In this document: piece after piece, positions 20,278 through 30,144 of the stretch
Layout: each line of letters opens with the position of its first letter
Position numbering within the stretch: position 1 is the first letter of the stretch
Origin: Bacteroidales bacterium
Lineage (GTDB): Bacteria; Bacteroidota; Bacteroidia; Bacteroidales; CAIWKO01
Direction of reading: 5' to 3'
Length of the DNA: 64,000 nucleotides
Assembly (NCBI GenBank): GCA_035354195.1
Contig: DAOQAT010000006.1
Span: 12,842 to 76,841, forward strand
Position numbers and translations under genes: made by a program
The notes under the pieces: model-generated
Database searches by the model: none
What the model saw: only the letters and a program-made list of their open reading frames with translations
Told to the model about the DNA's origin: nothing

Positions 20278-22002
20278 ATGAAAAAGATTTTTCTTACAGC
20301 TGCTTTATGCTTTATTATATTCATAGTTGGAGCGCAGAATGTTGTTTCAAAATACCGGGTAACTTTTACGGATAAAAATAATTCGCCTTATTCCATCGAA
20401 AATCCTTCTCAATATTTATCTGAACGGGCCATCGAACGGCGCACACGTCAGAATATTCAGATACAACCCAATGATTTGCCGGTTAATTCCTGGTATATTG
20501 ACAGTGTCAGAAATACCGGAGCGGTGGTTTATACAGTTTCAAAATGGTTTAACTGCATTACGATCCGTACCACTGACACTGCTGTTTTGGCAAAAATATT
20601 GGCCTTTCCGTTTGTTACAGGTATAGATTCCCTGGCCGAAAGTACCGTGAAAAAAGGCGAAAAGCTGAAAAGGAGGGAAGATACGATGGAGGGAACTAAA
20701 AGCCTGGATGGATTATTTGCATTTAATGACATAAGTAGCACAAAGAATTTGGAAAATCAGGAATCCATGTTTGGTGCCGACAGGTTTGATTATGGAAAGG
20801 CTTATAACCAAGCGCATATGATTGGCACCGACTACCTTCACAATCAGAATTATTGCGGCCAGGGGATGGTCATTGCCATCCTGGATGCTGGCTTTTTTAA
20901 TGTCGATTCCATTGCTGTTTTTGATTCTCTTTGGCATAACAACCAGATTTTAGGTACTAAGGATTTTGTTCAGCCCGGCGGTGATGTTTTTAGCCGCAGT
21001 ACGCACGGCATGATGGTTTTGTCGATCATAGGCGGAAATGTCCCCGGTACTCTGGTGGGGACGGCTCCAAAAGCAAAGTTCTGGCTGTTGCGTTCTGAAG
21101 ATTCCGACAGTGAATATCCGGTTGAAGAAGACAATTGGGTTGCCGCAGCGGAATTTGCCGATAGCGTAGGCGTTGATGTGATAAATTCTTCGCTGGGCTA
21201 CACCGATTTTTTTAATCCTGACTGGGATCATTCCTATGCGCAAATGAACGGCAATAGTGCCAGATCATCAATTGGGGCTAAATTAGCTGCCAGCAAAGGT
21301 ATTCTTGTTTGTAACAGTGCCGGAAATTCCGGGAATGGCCCCTGGCATTATGTGGGTGCACCGGCAGATGCCGAAAATATTCTGACTGTGGGCGCTGTGG
21401 ATCAAAATGGTAAAATAGCTGCATTCAGCTCACGCGGGCCAACATCAGATGGGCGAATCAAGCCCTCAGTATGTGCCATCGGGCAGGGAACATTTGTATC
21501 ATCAGTTTCCGGGACTGCCATGTCAGGAAATGGAACTTCATTTTCTTCACCGGTAATGGCCGGATCAGTGGCTTGCTTATGGCAGGCAAACCGCTCCATG
21601 AGTAATCTTAAAATTATGGAGGCTGTTATTGCTTCTTCAAGCAGGTTTATGGATCCTGACTCCGATTATGGTTATGGTATTCCCAACATGGCAGCCGCCA
21701 ATATCATCCTGAAAGGGGGCGAAATTCATAATCTTGATAATGAAAACGCCATTACTGTTGCCCCAAATCCCTTCACAGATTCTTTTCAGATCGTTTTTTA
21801 TTCAAAAGATACTTCAGCTGTTGATGTCCAACTTGTGGATCTGTCAGGAAAAATTGTTTATGAAAGAACCAAAATTTCAAGAACACCGGGATGTAACTAT
21901 ATTAATGTGGCCCTTGCTGATGAATTGGCCAAAGGATATTACATGCTAAAAGTTGTATCTGAAACAAATACCTTTACCTCGAAAATAATGAAGATACAAT
22001 AG
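20278..22002 (+). CDS. S8 family serine peptidase with a T9SS type-A C-terminal sorting domain
   Basis: Catalytic triad contexts VIAILDAGF, STHGMMVLSIIGG and GNGTSFSSPVMAG. The C-terminus ITVAPNPFTDSFQIVF...VDLSGKIVYE...GYYMLKVVSETNTFTSKIMKIQ is Por_Secre_tail-like. Confidence 0.9.
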   Translation: MKKIFLTAALCFIIFIVGAQNVVSKYRVTFTDKNNSPYSIENPSQYLSERAIERRTRQNIQIQPNDLPVNSWYIDSVRNTGAVVYTVSKWFNCITIRTTDTAVLAKILAFPFVTGIDSLAESTVKKGEKLKRREDTMEGTKSLDGLFAFNDISSTKNLENQESMFGADRFDYGKAYNQAHMIGTDYLHNQNYCGQGMVIAILDAGFFNVDSIAVFDSLWHNNQILGTKDFVQPGGDVFSRSTHGMMVLSIIGGNVPGTLVGTAPKAKFWLLRSEDSDSEYPVEEDNWVAAAEFADSVGVDVINSSLGYTDFFNPDWDHSYAQMNGNSARSSIGAKLAASKGILVCNSAGNSGNGPWHYVGAPADAENILTVGAVDQNGKIAAFSSRGPTSDGRIKPSVCAIGQGTFVSSVSGTAMSGNGTSFSSPVMAGSVACLWQANRSMSNLKIMEAVIASSSRFMDPDSDYGYGIPNMAAANIILKGGEIHNLDNENAITVAPNPFTDSFQIVFYSKDTSAVDVQLVDLSGKIVYERTKISRTPGCNYINVALADELAKGYYMLKVVSETNTFTSKIMKIQ

Positions 22003-22018
22003 GGTTAGATGATTTTTT

Positions 22019-22270
22019 TTATTTTCTTTTGTTACCGTAGCCGGGAACGCCCCTTGTGTTTCGTTTGTTTTTAATAATGTAATTTTTATTGATGGGGATA
22101 ATGTTCTTTTTTAATTTTTTCTGATAAGGAGAATGATATCTTTTTACCATGGCTGTTCGCCTGCGTTTAATCATTCGTTTATAACGGTAGTGCCTGTTGC
22201 ACGAATCAAATGCAATTTCTGCAATAAAAACCGCCAGTAATAATATGTACCATTTTTTTAAGTACTTCAT
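22019..22270 (-). CDS. possible small basic membrane-anchored protein (83 aa), doubtful
   Basis: ORF track only. One N-terminal hydrophobic helix followed by a Lys/Arg-rich tail. No recognisable family. Confidence 0.3.
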   Translation of the reverse strand: MKYLKKWYILLLAVFIAEIAFDSCNRHYRYKRMIKRRRTAMVKRYHSPYQKKLKKNIIPINKNYIIKNKRNTRGVPGYGNKRK

Positions 22271-22572
22271 AACTCGTTATTATCTTTTTTTCGAGAACCC
22301 TTTTACAGTATAAATATCAGACAGTAAAACTAATAATATTTTTTAACAAACAAATAAAAAAAATATCGACTTTATTTTAATATCGTGTTATACTGCTTAT
22401 CTCAAATTAATGTTACAAAAGAAAAACATTTTTTTTTACAAAAAACAGAAAAATGAAAAATAATAATAACATTTTTATTAAAAAGTATATGAAATCACAT
22501 AAAATCATTACAAATAACTTTTTTCATTCGATAAACAGTTGAAAAAATATTTTTCGTTTTCATTTTTTTTTA

Positions 22573-22580
22573 TATTTTTG
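22573..22580 (+). promoter_or_regulatory. -7 promoter box TATTTTTG
   Basis: Matches TAnnTTTG, 20 nt upstream of the ATG at 22600, at the end of a 330-nt very AT-rich spacer. Confidence 0.4.
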
Positions 22581-22599
22581 AACAAAACTAAATACCATT

Positions 22600-24831
22600 A
22601 TGATGAAAAAAATTTCATTTTTTGTTTTAATACTGTCCATGACAGTCATTAATATTCATTCTGTTTTCGGGCAGTTGAGCGGTAGTTTGGTCATTGGTGG
22701 CGCACCATCTGATTATTTAACATTTTCTGATGCTGTTTCTTCTCTAAATACCGTGGGTGTAGCCGGGAATGTTGTATTTGATGTAAAACCCGGTACTTAT
22801 ACCGAACAATTTTCAATAAATCAGATCACAGGTGCCGGTCAATCAGCTACTATTACGTTTCAACCTCAAAATGGGGACAGTACTTCCGTTATTCTTCAGT
22901 TCCCGTCTTCTTCCGGGTCAGCAAACAATTATACAGTACAACTGAATGGCGCCGATTATATTACATTTGACAAGTTGACGATTAAAAGATCCGACACCCT
23001 GAAATATTGCAAAGTTGTTGATTTTGCCGGAGGGGCCAGAAAGAATACATTTTCGAATTGTATTATTGAAGGTAACGCCAATCCTGGTAATACGCAACTT
23101 ATCAGTACTGTCATTGGCTCTAACAATACAGGGTTTAAGAGCCGCAATACCTTTCAGAACAACATCATCAGAAATGGTTCTTATGGGCTTTATTTTGTTG
23201 GACAGAACAGCACTACACCCGATTCTAATATTCTAGTCAGGAATAATAAATTTATCAATCAAACCAATCAGGGAATTCATATAGAATCCCATCGTTTTGC
23301 CTTTATCGAAGCCAATGAGGTGGTAAATAATACCACCAATAATTCTTATAATGCAATTTTTCTGCGTTATTCAAACGACACCATGCGCATTGTACAAAAC
23401 AAAATTGCGTTAACCGTTGGTTACGGGATATACATCTGGAACTGCAACGAAGCAATAACAGCTGATGCACTGATTGCGAACAATTTTATTTCTGTTGGCG
23501 GATCTTCAAATGCCATTGGAATTTATATTTTGAGCAGTAAACGCCTGCACATATTGCATAACAGTATTAATATTTATAATACCGTTACCATTCAGGGATC
23601 ATGTATTCATATCAACGGGAGTTCTACGGCAAACCTGTATATAAAAAATAATATTTTTGCTAATGCGGGAACAGGACAGGGGTATACCTATTATGTTGCC
23701 GGCACCACGAACACCCCAATTGCTGAAGCTAATTATAACGACTTGTTTGTTAACAGCGGAGTGTGGATTGGATATTGGAAAACCGCCGGTGTAACATCAC
23801 TTGCCAATTGGCGTACCACATCTTCTCAGGACGCTAATTCCTTTATTGCAAACCCCAATTATTTTTCTGACAGCGACCTGCATACGGTCAGTGGCGGTGT
23901 TAATGGAATGGGGACACCTAATTTATCCCCATTTGTTATTACTACTGATATTGATAACAATATGAGAGATGCCTCCACCCCTGATGTGGGGGCTGATGAA
24001 TTCAATGTCGGCGATCTGGGGATAACTAAAATTGAATTACCTGCGGCAGGAGTTTATTGCAAAAACACCGCTTTCAATGTAAAAGTTTTTATTACCAATC
24101 ATGACGTTACCGGCTATAATGGCAATGTCCCTGTTTACTATAAAGTTGGCGGCTCAGCTACTGTCAATGAAACAGCCATGAACCTTACTATTCCTGCTGG
24201 TGATTCTGTGTCTTATACTTTTGCAACGGACGAAATTGTCCCTACAGCGGGGAATTTTAAACTTTTGGCCGGCACAGACCTGGAAGCAGATAACAATATA
24301 AATAATGACACCATGAGCAGGATGGTTGAGGTAATTGAGCCAGCGGTGGCAAATTTTACTTATGTTCCCGGCATTTATGAGGTGGTTTTTACTAATACCT
24401 CAACTAATGCAGTAAGTTATTCCTGGGATTTTGGAGATGGAAATAATTCAGTTGAACAAAACCCGACCCATACTTATACCGGCGCCGGTAACTACATGGT
24501 GGTACTTGAAAGTTCAAATATATGCTCAAGCGATACAGCCTCTCAACTAATCAGTCTTTCAGGTGTCAATGAACTTAGTGAGGTTTACGGAATTAATTGG
24601 TGGCCTAATCCTGCAACCAATTATTTGAATTTCGAATTTGCAAATTGCAAAGCAAATTTAAGAGCCATAACCTTATTCAATAGTTCTGGAGAATTGATTT
24701 TGAGGAAATTTTTAGAAAGTAATAATACCTTGCAAACCATTGATATTTCATTCATGAATAACGGAATGTATGTTATAATGTTCGAATTTGGAAATAAAAT
24801 TTTATATCAAAAAGTATTGATAAACAAATAA
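22600..24831 (+). CDS. secreted right-handed parallel beta-helix repeat protein with a CARDB-like domain, a PKD domain and a T9SS type-A CTD
   Basis: Recurrent beta-helix rungs (FSNCIIEGNA, FQNNIIRNGSYGLYF, VRNNKFINQTNQGIHI, IANNFISVGG, ILHNSINIYN, IKNNIFANAG). PKD signature WDFGDGNNSVEQNPTHTYTGAGNYMVV. CTD is WWPNPATNYLNFEF...GMYVIMFEFGNKILYQKVLINK. Confidence 0.8.
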   Translation: MMKKISFFVLILSMTVINIHSVFGQLSGSLVIGGAPSDYLTFSDAVSSLNTVGVAGNVVFDVKPGTYTEQFSINQITGAGQSATITFQPQNGDSTSVILQFPSSSGSANNYTVQLNGADYITFDKLTIKRSDTLKYCKVVDFAGGARKNTFSNCIIEGNANPGNTQLISTVIGSNNTGFKSRNTFQNNIIRNGSYGLYFVGQNSTTPDSNILVRNNKFINQTNQGIHIESHRFAFIEANEVVNNTTNNSYNAIFLRYSNDTMRIVQNKIALTVGYGIYIWNCNEAITADALIANNFISVGGSSNAIGIYILSSKRLHILHNSINIYNTVTIQGSCIHINGSSTANLYIKNNIFANAGTGQGYTYYVAGTTNTPIAEANYNDLFVNSGVWIGYWKTAGVTSLANWRTTSSQDANSFIANPNYFSDSDLHTVSGGVNGMGTPNLSPFVITTDIDNNMRDASTPDVGADEFNVGDLGITKIELPAAGVYCKNTAFNVKVFITNHDVTGYNGNVPVYYKVGGSATVNETAMNLTIPAGDSVSYTFATDEIVPTAGNFKLLAGTDLEADNNINNDTMSRMVEVIEPAVANFTYVPGIYEVVFTNTSTNAVSYSWDFGDGNNSVEQNPTHTYTGAGNYMVVLESSNICSSDTASQLISLSGVNELSEVYGINWWPNPATNYLNFEFANCKANLRAITLFNSSGELILRKFLESNNTLQTIDISFMNNGMYVIMFEFGNKILYQKVLINK

Positions 24832-24983
24832 TAAGGGCTGATTTTACCTGGCTCCTTTGATTTTGTAGCAAAAAATGCTTGCCGGTTTGCAGAAAATTGT
24901 ATTTTTGTAAAAGTGTAATTGATCATTACTTCTGAATGGCCTCATTTCAATAAGTAATGCATCAGACATGGGTTTAACATAGC

Positions 24984-25901
24984 ATGATAAGGAAATTTTT
25001 TATTACGTTGGTAGTTGGTTTTTCAGGGTTATTCATACCTTGCTCCCTTTCATATGCTCAGGAAAACGGAGAGCCTTTTGAGATTATTGAGAGTGCGAAC
25101 GACAGTATTGATCTTCATTCGAATTTTTATGATGATACCGATTCGTTATCTGAGTATTTTCCGGCAAGTGAGCTCTATGAATCCTGGGATAATAATGGGA
25201 TATATTATCCGCATATGGATTTTTCGAAAAAAACAGATACAACCATATTGCCTTTATGTGACGGAAAAACCAACTTTTTTGTGCCACCAGTAAAAGGACG
25301 TATCAATTCAGAGTATGGATACCGGCACCGGCGTTTCCATTATGGTATTGATATTGACCTTAATACCGGAGACAGCGTTAAATGTGCGTTTGATGGGATG
25401 GTTAGGGTTTCAAAATATCACCGTGGTTACGGTAATGTTATTGTAGTGAGGCATTTTAATGGCCTCGAAACAGTTTACGGGCATTTATCCGGTTCAAGGG
25501 TTCGGGAAAACCAGATGGTTAAGGCCGGTACCTTGCTCGGTTATGGAGGCAGCACCGGCCATTCCACAGGCCCGCATCTGCATCTGGAAATCCGTTATCT
25601 CGGTACACCAATGAACCCCAAAAAAGTAATTGACTTTGATAAGTTTAAATTATTAAATGATACCCTGTACATTACGAACAGGACCTTTGATAAATCACGC
25701 AGTAAGACATATGCCAGTAAATCAAACTCATCCGGAAAAAGTACCTATAAAGGTACCGGTAGTTATCACTATGTGAAAAAGGGTGATACGCTGGGACATA
25801 TTGCTGCGAAATACGGCACTTCTGTTGCAACCCTATGCAAGCTAAATAAACTTTCACAGAAAAGCCTCCTGCAGATCGGGCAGAAAATCCGAATACGTTG
25901 A
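24984..25901 (+). CDS. M23 family metallopeptidase with a C-terminal LysM domain
   Basis: HYGIDIDL and GSTGHSTGPHLHLEIR. LysM is YHYVKKGDTLGHIAAKYGTSVATLCKLNKL. Confidence 0.9.
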   Translation: MIRKFFITLVVGFSGLFIPCSLSYAQENGEPFEIIESANDSIDLHSNFYDDTDSLSEYFPASELYESWDNNGIYYPHMDFSKKTDTTILPLCDGKTNFFVPPVKGRINSEYGYRHRRFHYGIDIDLNTGDSVKCAFDGMVRVSKYHRGYGNVIVVRHFNGLETVYGHLSGSRVRENQMVKAGTLLGYGGSTGHSTGPHLHLEIRYLGTPMNPKKVIDFDKFKLLNDTLYITNRTFDKSRSKTYASKSNSSGKSTYKGTGSYHYVKKGDTLGHIAAKYGTSVATLCKLNKLSQKSLLQIGQKIRIR

Positions 25902-25964
25902 TTTATCAACACCCTTTTTTTTATAACTATTTTCTCTCAGGTGTCGGGTGAACTAAAAATAGAT

Positions 25965-25972
25965 TACTTTTG
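25965..25972 (+). promoter_or_regulatory. -7 promoter box TACTTTTG driving the riboswitch leader
   Basis: Matches TAnnTTTG a few nt upstream of the first riboswitch helix. Confidence 0.5.
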
Positions 25973-25975
25973 TTT

Positions 25976-26150
25976 CCGAAATGGTGTCCGTAGAAATTAA
26001 TTTTACGGTAAAGGGAATCAGGTGAAATGCCTGAACAGTACCCGCTGCTGTAGGTCCTATTAAACTTGTAGGCACTCTTTGTCACTGTTCGCTCACCGGC
26101 GAATGGGAAGACGCCTGAAAGGGGACAAGTCAGAAAACCTGCCGTTTCAT
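25976..26150 (+). ncRNA. cobalamin (B12) riboswitch
   Basis: Conserved core AAGGGAATCAGGTGAAATGCCTGAACAGTACCCGCTGCTGTAGG, then GTCACTG...GGGAAGACGCC, and the B12 box AAGTCAGAAAACCTGCC (26128-26144). Closing helix CGAAATGG / CCGTTTC. Lies upstream of a TonB-dependent receptor. Confidence 0.85.
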
Positions 26151-26258
26151 GAACATATTATTTAAGGCTTTCGGGGAAAAAAGCTTAAATGGATAACATT
26201 ATAAAATTATCTGTTTTTTTCTCAAAACGCTTTTAAATAATACAAAAAGATTTGTATT

Positions 26259-28178
26259 GTGAAAAAAGGTGCCCTGATTTATGTTTTCTTTCTTTGGCTT
26301 GGCGTCGGCGCTGCAGCCCAGAAAAACCTTACCGATACCATTCTTCCTTTAACAGGTGTGGAAGTGAAAACAGACCGTTTTTCAAATACCCTGGGCGGTG
26401 TAAAAATTGAGGAGATCGATACGGTTTCCATGAGAACTTTTTCGGAGGGTAATGTAAGCCAGCTCCTGTTACAAAACTCCTCTGTGTATATTAAATCAAA
26501 TGGTATCACAGGATTAAGTTCTGTATCAATAAGAGGTACAGGAACCTCACAAACAGCCGTTTTATGGAACGGATTCAATATTCAGAACCCTATGAATGGC
26601 GGCATGGATATTTCGCTGATCCCGGTAAATTTTATGAATAAAATTTCCATCCAGTACAATGGCATGGCGGCATTATATGGCGGAGGGGCCATGGGTGGTG
26701 CCATTCACCTCACCAACGAACTTGAGTACGACAAAGGCTTGGATGTTTCCATCGGAGGATCATACGGCAGTTTCGGAAATTATTCGGTCAATATGAAGTT
26801 AGGCCTGAGCAGGAAGAAAACGTCTTTCATGGTAAAAGCGTTTTACCAGGAAGGTAAAAATGATTTCACATTTATTAATGATGCCAGCCTGGGCTCACCA
26901 AAGGTCCGTCAGACTAATGCTGAAATGGTCAGCTATGGTGTAATGCATGATAAAGCCTATAAAATAAATGATAACAACCTGCTGACTTTTCGTTTGTGGA
27001 TACAGGACAGCAAAAGGCAGATCCCGCCATTAATGACACAGGAATTCAGCAGCGCCTGCCAGCGTGATGAGTTTTTCCGGCCATCGCTGGAGTGGGTCAA
27101 CAAAGGGAAAAAGTATAAATTATTTGTACGGACCGCTGTGCTTATCGACAATTATAAGTATGCCGATCCCGACAAACAGATAAATTCTTCAAGCGGAACA
27201 ACAGCATCGGTTTCCGAAAGTGAAATTTATTTCAAATTATTCCCTTATCACACCATGAATGTGGGCGTTCACTATAAATATACATCCGGGTATTGTGATT
27301 ATTATATTCAGAAACAATCACAACAGGAAATTTCTGCTTTCGTCTCCTACACGGCAACAGGGAAAAGCGATAAATGGAAACTGAACCTTGGTTTGCGTGA
27401 AGAATACAGTAACAACAGCTTTGTCCCCGTTTTACCTTCAGCGGCAATGGATATTAAGTTGTATAAGGATATGTTTTTATATGTCAACTTCAGCAGAAAT
27501 TACAGGATACCCACACTTAACGATTTATACTGGAACCCGGGAGGCAACCCTGACCTGAAACCTGAAAGCGGCTTTGCAGAGGAATTAGGGATCAGGTACC
27601 AGAAAACCTGGGATAAATTCACGCTCAAATACATGGTTTCCGGCTTCAACAATAATACGCGGAACTGGATCATCTGGCTGCCGGAATCGTCTTATTGGTC
27701 ACCTGAGAATATCCAGGCTGTGTGGAGCAGAGGCGCAGAATTAAATGTGAATTTAGCTGCTGATGTAAAAAAACTCGGTTTAATTTTTTCAGGAAAGGCG
27801 GCCTATGTGAAAGCTACTGTTGAAAAAAGCAATAACGAAAGCGCCCTTGGCCATCAGTTGATTTATACGCCCGAATGTATTGCAAATGGAAGTATAAATA
27901 TAATTTACAAAACCTTTAATTTTAATATCAACGTGGAATACAATTCCAGATGCTACACTTCCCCGGATAACCTGGATTTTATTGCCCACTATATGCTTGG
28001 AAATTTTTATGCTTCCAAGGATTTTTATTTTAAAAATTTCGGGTTTAATATTTTTCTGCAGGTCCATAATTTCTGGAATCAAAAATATCAAGCCATTGCC
28101 TGGCAGGCGATGCCTGGCATAAATTTCAAAACAGGAGTCCAAATAAATTTTAAACATTCTTTAAAGAAAAAAACATGA
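26259..28178 (+). CDS. btuB: TonB-dependent receptor, BtuB-like (riboswitch-controlled)
   Basis: GTG start. Signal peptide VKKGALIYVFFLWLGVGAAAQ. Plug-domain motifs (SVSIRGTGTSQTAVLWNG). Barrel motif YRIPTLNDLYWNPGGNPDLKPE. Sits directly downstream of the cobalamin riboswitch. Confidence 0.8.
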   Translation: MKKGALIYVFFLWLGVGAAAQKNLTDTILPLTGVEVKTDRFSNTLGGVKIEEIDTVSMRTFSEGNVSQLLLQNSSVYIKSNGITGLSSVSIRGTGTSQTAVLWNGFNIQNPMNGGMDISLIPVNFMNKISIQYNGMAALYGGGAMGGAIHLTNELEYDKGLDVSIGGSYGSFGNYSVNMKLGLSRKKTSFMVKAFYQEGKNDFTFINDASLGSPKVRQTNAEMVSYGVMHDKAYKINDNNLLTFRLWIQDSKRQIPPLMTQEFSSACQRDEFFRPSLEWVNKGKKYKLFVRTAVLIDNYKYADPDKQINSSSGTTASVSESEIYFKLFPYHTMNVGVHYKYTSGYCDYYIQKQSQQEISAFVSYTATGKSDKWKLNLGLREEYSNNSFVPVLPSAAMDIKLYKDMFLYVNFSRNYRIPTLNDLYWNPGGNPDLKPESGFAEELGIRYQKTWDKFTLKYMVSGFNNNTRNWIIWLPESSYWSPENIQAVWSRGAELNVNLAADVKKLGLIFSGKAAYVKATVEKSNNESALGHQLIYTPECIANGSINIIYKTFNFNINVEYNSRCYTSPDNLDFIAHYMLGNFYASKDFYFKNFGFNIFLQVHNFWNQKYQAIAWQAMPGINFKTGVQINFKHSLKKKT

Positions 28179-29158
28179 AAAAATTTTTTAGTTTTATCAG
28201 CGCATGTGCCGTTATAAGTATTCTTATTTCAGGCAACCAGTTAAAAGCACAGACCATTTCTGACTTTGAGGACCTTACCTTGCCGGCAGACAGTTTCTGG
28301 AACGGATCGGATTTTACCGGCGGTTTTAACGATGGGAACGCTTTTTTTACCAATACATTTCTTTATGATTCGCTTTACGGCGGATACTGGGCCAGCGGAT
28401 TTGCCTATTCCAATATGAAAGATTCAACGAATGGAAGCTATACCAACCTTTATAGTGCAAGGGCTGGTGTGGGGTATAACGACTCTCCGAATTACGGCGT
28501 GGGCCAGAATTATGCGATGCTGAAATTAACCGGAAATGCTGCGGGAAAGGTTGTGGATGGGTTTTATGTCAGCAATACTACGTATGCTGCCCTCAGCATG
28601 CAAAATGGTGACGCGTTTGCCAAGAAATTTGGTGGCGTTTCCGGAGATGATCCCGACTGGTTTAAGTTAAGTATTACCGGTTATCTCGGCGGCAGTCCTG
28701 TTGGAGATACGGTGCATTTTTACCTCGCTGATTACAGATTTGCCGACAATTCACAGGATTATATTTTGAAAACCTGGCAATGGGTGAATCTTAGGCCATT
28801 AGATAACATTGACAGCCTTATCTTCCTTTTAAGCTCTTCGGATACGGGCCAGTTTGGTATGAATACACCGCCTTTCTTTTGCCTTGATAATTTTGAAACA
28901 CTTGATTCCCCTGCAAGTATTGACAAAATAGAGGCTAATAATTTTTCAGTTTATCCGAATCCGGCAGATGGCTACATTTATATTGAACCGGTTAATAACA
29001 ATATCATTCATAAGCTGTTTATTCGCGATATTTGCGGGAGAACTCTGATGAACCTTGAAAATGTTGATCCTAAAAATTACCTTGATATAAGTAATTTTGC
29101 AAAAGGGACGTATATTCTTACCATAGATGGTACTTCACAGAAACTGATTGTCAGGTAA
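28175..29158 (+). CDS. DUF4465-like secreted protein with a T9SS type-A CTD
   Basis: The start overlaps the receptor stop (ATGA). Signal peptide. TISDFEDLTLPADSFWNGSD...YWASGFAYSNMKDSTN resembles the DUF4465 family that co-occurs with btuB in Bacteroidota. CTD is FSVYPNPADGYIYIEP...GTYILTIDGTSQKLIVR. Confidence 0.6.
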   Translation: MKKFFSFISACAVISILISGNQLKAQTISDFEDLTLPADSFWNGSDFTGGFNDGNAFFTNTFLYDSLYGGYWASGFAYSNMKDSTNGSYTNLYSARAGVGYNDSPNYGVGQNYAMLKLTGNAAGKVVDGFYVSNTTYAALSMQNGDAFAKKFGGVSGDDPDWFKLSITGYLGGSPVGDTVHFYLADYRFADNSQDYILKTWQWVNLRPLDNIDSLIFLLSSSDTGQFGMNTPPFFCLDNFETLDSPASIDKIEANNFSVYPNPADGYIYIEPVNNNIIHKLFIRDICGRTLMNLENVDPKNYLDISNFAKGTYILTIDGTSQKLIVR

Positions 29159-29159
29159 T

Positions 29160-30143
29160 ATGAAAAAATATATTCTGGTATTTTTCACATCGTGTCTTTT
29201 CCCTATTGCAGTTTTCGCACAGTTTCCTCCTGCCGCAGGGCAGGCGGGCAGTACAGCCATTTCTAAGGACAGCGCCATTTTTACGTCCTGGGCCACCCGC
29301 TGTGAAATTCACCGGGGTTGGCAGAATATCGCCGATACTTCTCTTGGAAAAGCCGATGTGGGTGATAGTTCGATGGCATTAGGCATGGCCGGAACCAATG
29401 GCGTCGTGAGCCTTGGAGATGCCGGTTTCGCGGTGCTCACATTTGACAGGCCTGTTGAAAACGGCGAATCATGGGATTTTGCCGTTTTTGAGAATTCCTT
29501 TTCCGACCTGTTTCTTGAACTGGCCTTTGTGGAGGTGAGTTCCGACGGCATACATTATTTTCGGTTCCCATCAACTTCTTTAACAGATACGATGGTTCAG
29601 GTTGGCGCATTTGATGAACTTGATCCGACGAAAATCAATAACCTGGCCGGGAAATACCGGGCCTTGTATGGCACTCCCTTTGACTTGCAGGAGCTTGATG
29701 GAATCCCGGGACTTGATATCAATAATATTACCCATGTGAAAATAATTGATGTTGTTGGCTCGCTTGATTCAAACTTTGTTTCGTACGACGCTTATAACCA
29801 TAAAATCAATGATCCCTGGCCGACACCTTTTAATTCTTCCGGCTTTGACCTGGATGCAGTTGGGGTCATTCATCAGGCGCCTGCTGCTGTTCCTGAAGAT
29901 ATGTTTGTAACGAATATTTCGGTCTATCCCAACCCTGCCAATGGAATACTGCACATTAGGTTTATGAATGAAAATCAATATTCAGTGATTTCCTTAACCA
30001 CAATTAAGGGCGAAATAATAAAAGAAATCCGTCGTTTCGGGTTGGATGAAACGATTGACTTGTCAGGCGTTCCGGCAGGTATTTATATTTTATCTGTAAA
30101 AGATAATCAAACGGTTTACTGCAAAAAAATAATTAAATACTGA
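29160..30143 (+). CDS. secreted protein of unknown function with a T9SS type-A CTD
   Basis: ATG lies 1 nt after the previous stop. Signal peptide MKKYILVFFTSCLFPIAVFAQ. The core WDFAVFENSF...ELAFVEVSSDGIHYFRFP is not assigned to a family. CTD is ISVYPNPANGILHIRF...GIYILSVKDNQTVYCKKIIKY. Confidence 0.6.
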   Translation: MKKYILVFFTSCLFPIAVFAQFPPAAGQAGSTAISKDSAIFTSWATRCEIHRGWQNIADTSLGKADVGDSSMALGMAGTNGVVSLGDAGFAVLTFDRPVENGESWDFAVFENSFSDLFLELAFVEVSSDGIHYFRFPSTSLTDTMVQVGAFDELDPTKINNLAGKYRALYGTPFDLQELDGIPGLDINNITHVKIIDVVGSLDSNFVSYDAYNHKINDPWPTPFNSSGFDLDAVGVIHQAPAAVPEDMFVTNISVYPNPANGILHIRFMNENQYSVISLTTIKGEIIKEIRRFGLDETIDLSGVPAGIYILSVKDNQTVYCKKIIKY

Positions 30144-30144
30144 T

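Noticed and set aside
22271-22599. 330-nt extremely AT-rich spacer, considered as an invertible promoter or ncRNA
   Set aside because: I found no flanking inverted repeats, no stable structure and no conserved RNA motifs. It is most simply a divergent promoter region, with a TATTTTTG box at 22573.
24924-24959. 8-bp inverted repeat CATTACTT…AAGTAATG in the 5' leader of the M23/LysM peptidase gene
   Set aside because: A short AT-rich stem with a 20-nt loop. It is compatible with chance in AT-rich DNA and has no supporting motif.
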